Below are positions 62,735 through 64,000 of a stretch of 64,000 nucleotides of DNA, piece after piece. A program made the translations under genes and the position numbers. Source of the DNA: Eledone cirrhosa (lineage: Eukaryota); the NCBI GenBank assembly GCA_964016885.1, contig OZ024757.1, positions 558,001 to 622,000 on the forward strand. Reading direction: 5' to 3'. The stretch's first letter is position 1, and each line of letters opens with the position of its first letter. The notes beneath the pieces were generated by a model, which saw nothing but the letters and a program-made list of their open reading frames with translations, did no database searches and was not told where the DNA came from.

Positions 62735-64000
62735 ATGACAGATACAGATACTCTGTCAAAGGACTTCTCCACATGAACAATATTTAGATACAGAGGCTTA
62801 TTCTTAGCTAGTAACTTCTCTTGTAGTTTTGTCATTAAGAAAAGAGTATATCTGTAGTACTTCTCCCTGGCATAAAATCTAACAGCATCTCATCTAATTT
62901 GATTCTTTCCCTAAGTAGTTGTATTAAAACTCTTTCTCACATTTCCATTACTTGTTCCATTAGTTTCATGCCTGAGTAGTTGCTCCTTTCTAGTACCTTA
63001 CCTTTTCCTTTATAGCATTATATTAGTATACTACTATGTCAGTTATTGGGTATGGCCCCATCCTAAATTATCTGATTGACTGGAGGCACATGGTTGTGAG
63101 TTCAATTCTCAGACCGGGTGATGTGTTGTTTCCTTGAGCAAGACACTTTATTTCACATTGCTCCAGTTTACTCAGCTGTAGAAATGAGATGATAGGGACT
63201 GAGCTCCCTATCATTCCACTGTAAAGTGGACGTGTAGGCGCCACGGCAAAAAAGCACCCAGCACTCACTGTAAATGAGGTTGGTGTTAGGAAGGGCATCC
63301 AGCTGTAGAAATCAAGCCAGAATCAGTTCCTGTCCCACCCTTGCAAGCAGGGAAAAGTGGACGTAAAATGATGATGATGATGATGATGATGACTATGTAG
63401 GTGACTAGTTTGACATCTACTTCCCCAGAATCTTTCAACATCTCAGTTATTTCTAATGGAACAGCAGCTTTGCCATTTTTATTCCCGTTGATTGCTTCTT
63501 TGACCCTATAACTATCTATTTCAAAAGCTGGTCCCTCTTTGGGGTTAGTTGGAGGTAGTCTCTCTTTTCAGTTATTTACCATTTTACAGGGTTAACTGTG
63601 TGTGATCCCTTCTATTCATTCGGGAACATATTCAACTTTGATAATAAATTGACTAAATTAGTAAATTCTAAACCATACAGTAGTTTCAACACAAGTCTTG
63701 GTTAGATCTTCTACAAATAAACTGAGAGGAGGGTAATTTTTTAGTAAACCAGTTTTATTATGAACATTTACAACATAGGTGGCACAATCCTGGGTGACTG
63801 GTGTGGTTTTTATCTTGTCTTATTGTGTTTGTGTTTCATTAAACAACTTTTACAGGAGAATATATACCACAGATATCACAGTGATATGGCTAGTATTTAG
63901 TGAAGTGATTAATTTGAGAGAATAATTTACCAAATATCACAGAGATGTGGCTTCTCTCCTATATGAATAAGTTTGTGTGTAGTTAACTTGTTACATACAC
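62735..64000 (-). repeat. Duplicate of 12911-13790: RTE fragment plus 3' end of another ZNF paralog
   Basis: Near-identical sequence; polyA signal at 63754-63759; degenerate finger motifs from ~63850 to the edge. Confidence 0.93.
63082..63389 (+). mobile_element. Composite SINE: tRNA-like head, CORE/Meta-like domain, RTE-derived tail, (GAT)n
   Basis: GAGTTCAATTC box; ccttgagcaagacactttatttcac; ttaggaagggcatccagctgtag; absent at the paralogous position ~13242; flanked by TGACT. Confidence 0.88.

Overview
Eukaryotic, AT-rich, repeat-dense DNA. It most likely comes from a coleoid cephalopod (Octopus-like); this is inferred from the single-exon [10 protein letters not shown]...HTGEKP zinc-finger arrays plus Nin- and CORE-type SINEs and RTE LINEs. 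The window is part of a tandem, segmentally duplicated C2H2 zinc-finger (ZNF) cluster on the minus strand. It holds one intact 24-finger gene (14.3-16.5 kb), one 12(+3)-finger gene with a frameshift (45.4-46.7 kb), one collapsed remnant (34.8 kb) and the 3' end of a further paralog at the right edge. Four copies of a shared 5' non-coding block are also present. The first 12.5 kb is a 40-bp satellite with a ~3.45-kb higher-order repeat (HOR); its paralogous copy at 62.3 kb has only ~10 units. Also present are three minisatellites, many RTE fragments, CRE- and R4-type non-LTR elements, two clades of Penelope-like elements (PLEs), a complete non-autonomous LTR element, SINEs and MITEs. The most unusual signal is a family of ~190-bp elements that are near-perfect palindromes folded exactly at stem II of a hammerhead-ribozyme-like motif. 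One copy has a 12-bp target-site duplication (TSD) and its empty paralogous site lies in the same window. There are no prokaryotic features or CRISPR arrays. Family assignments come from motif recognition by eye, not from database searches.
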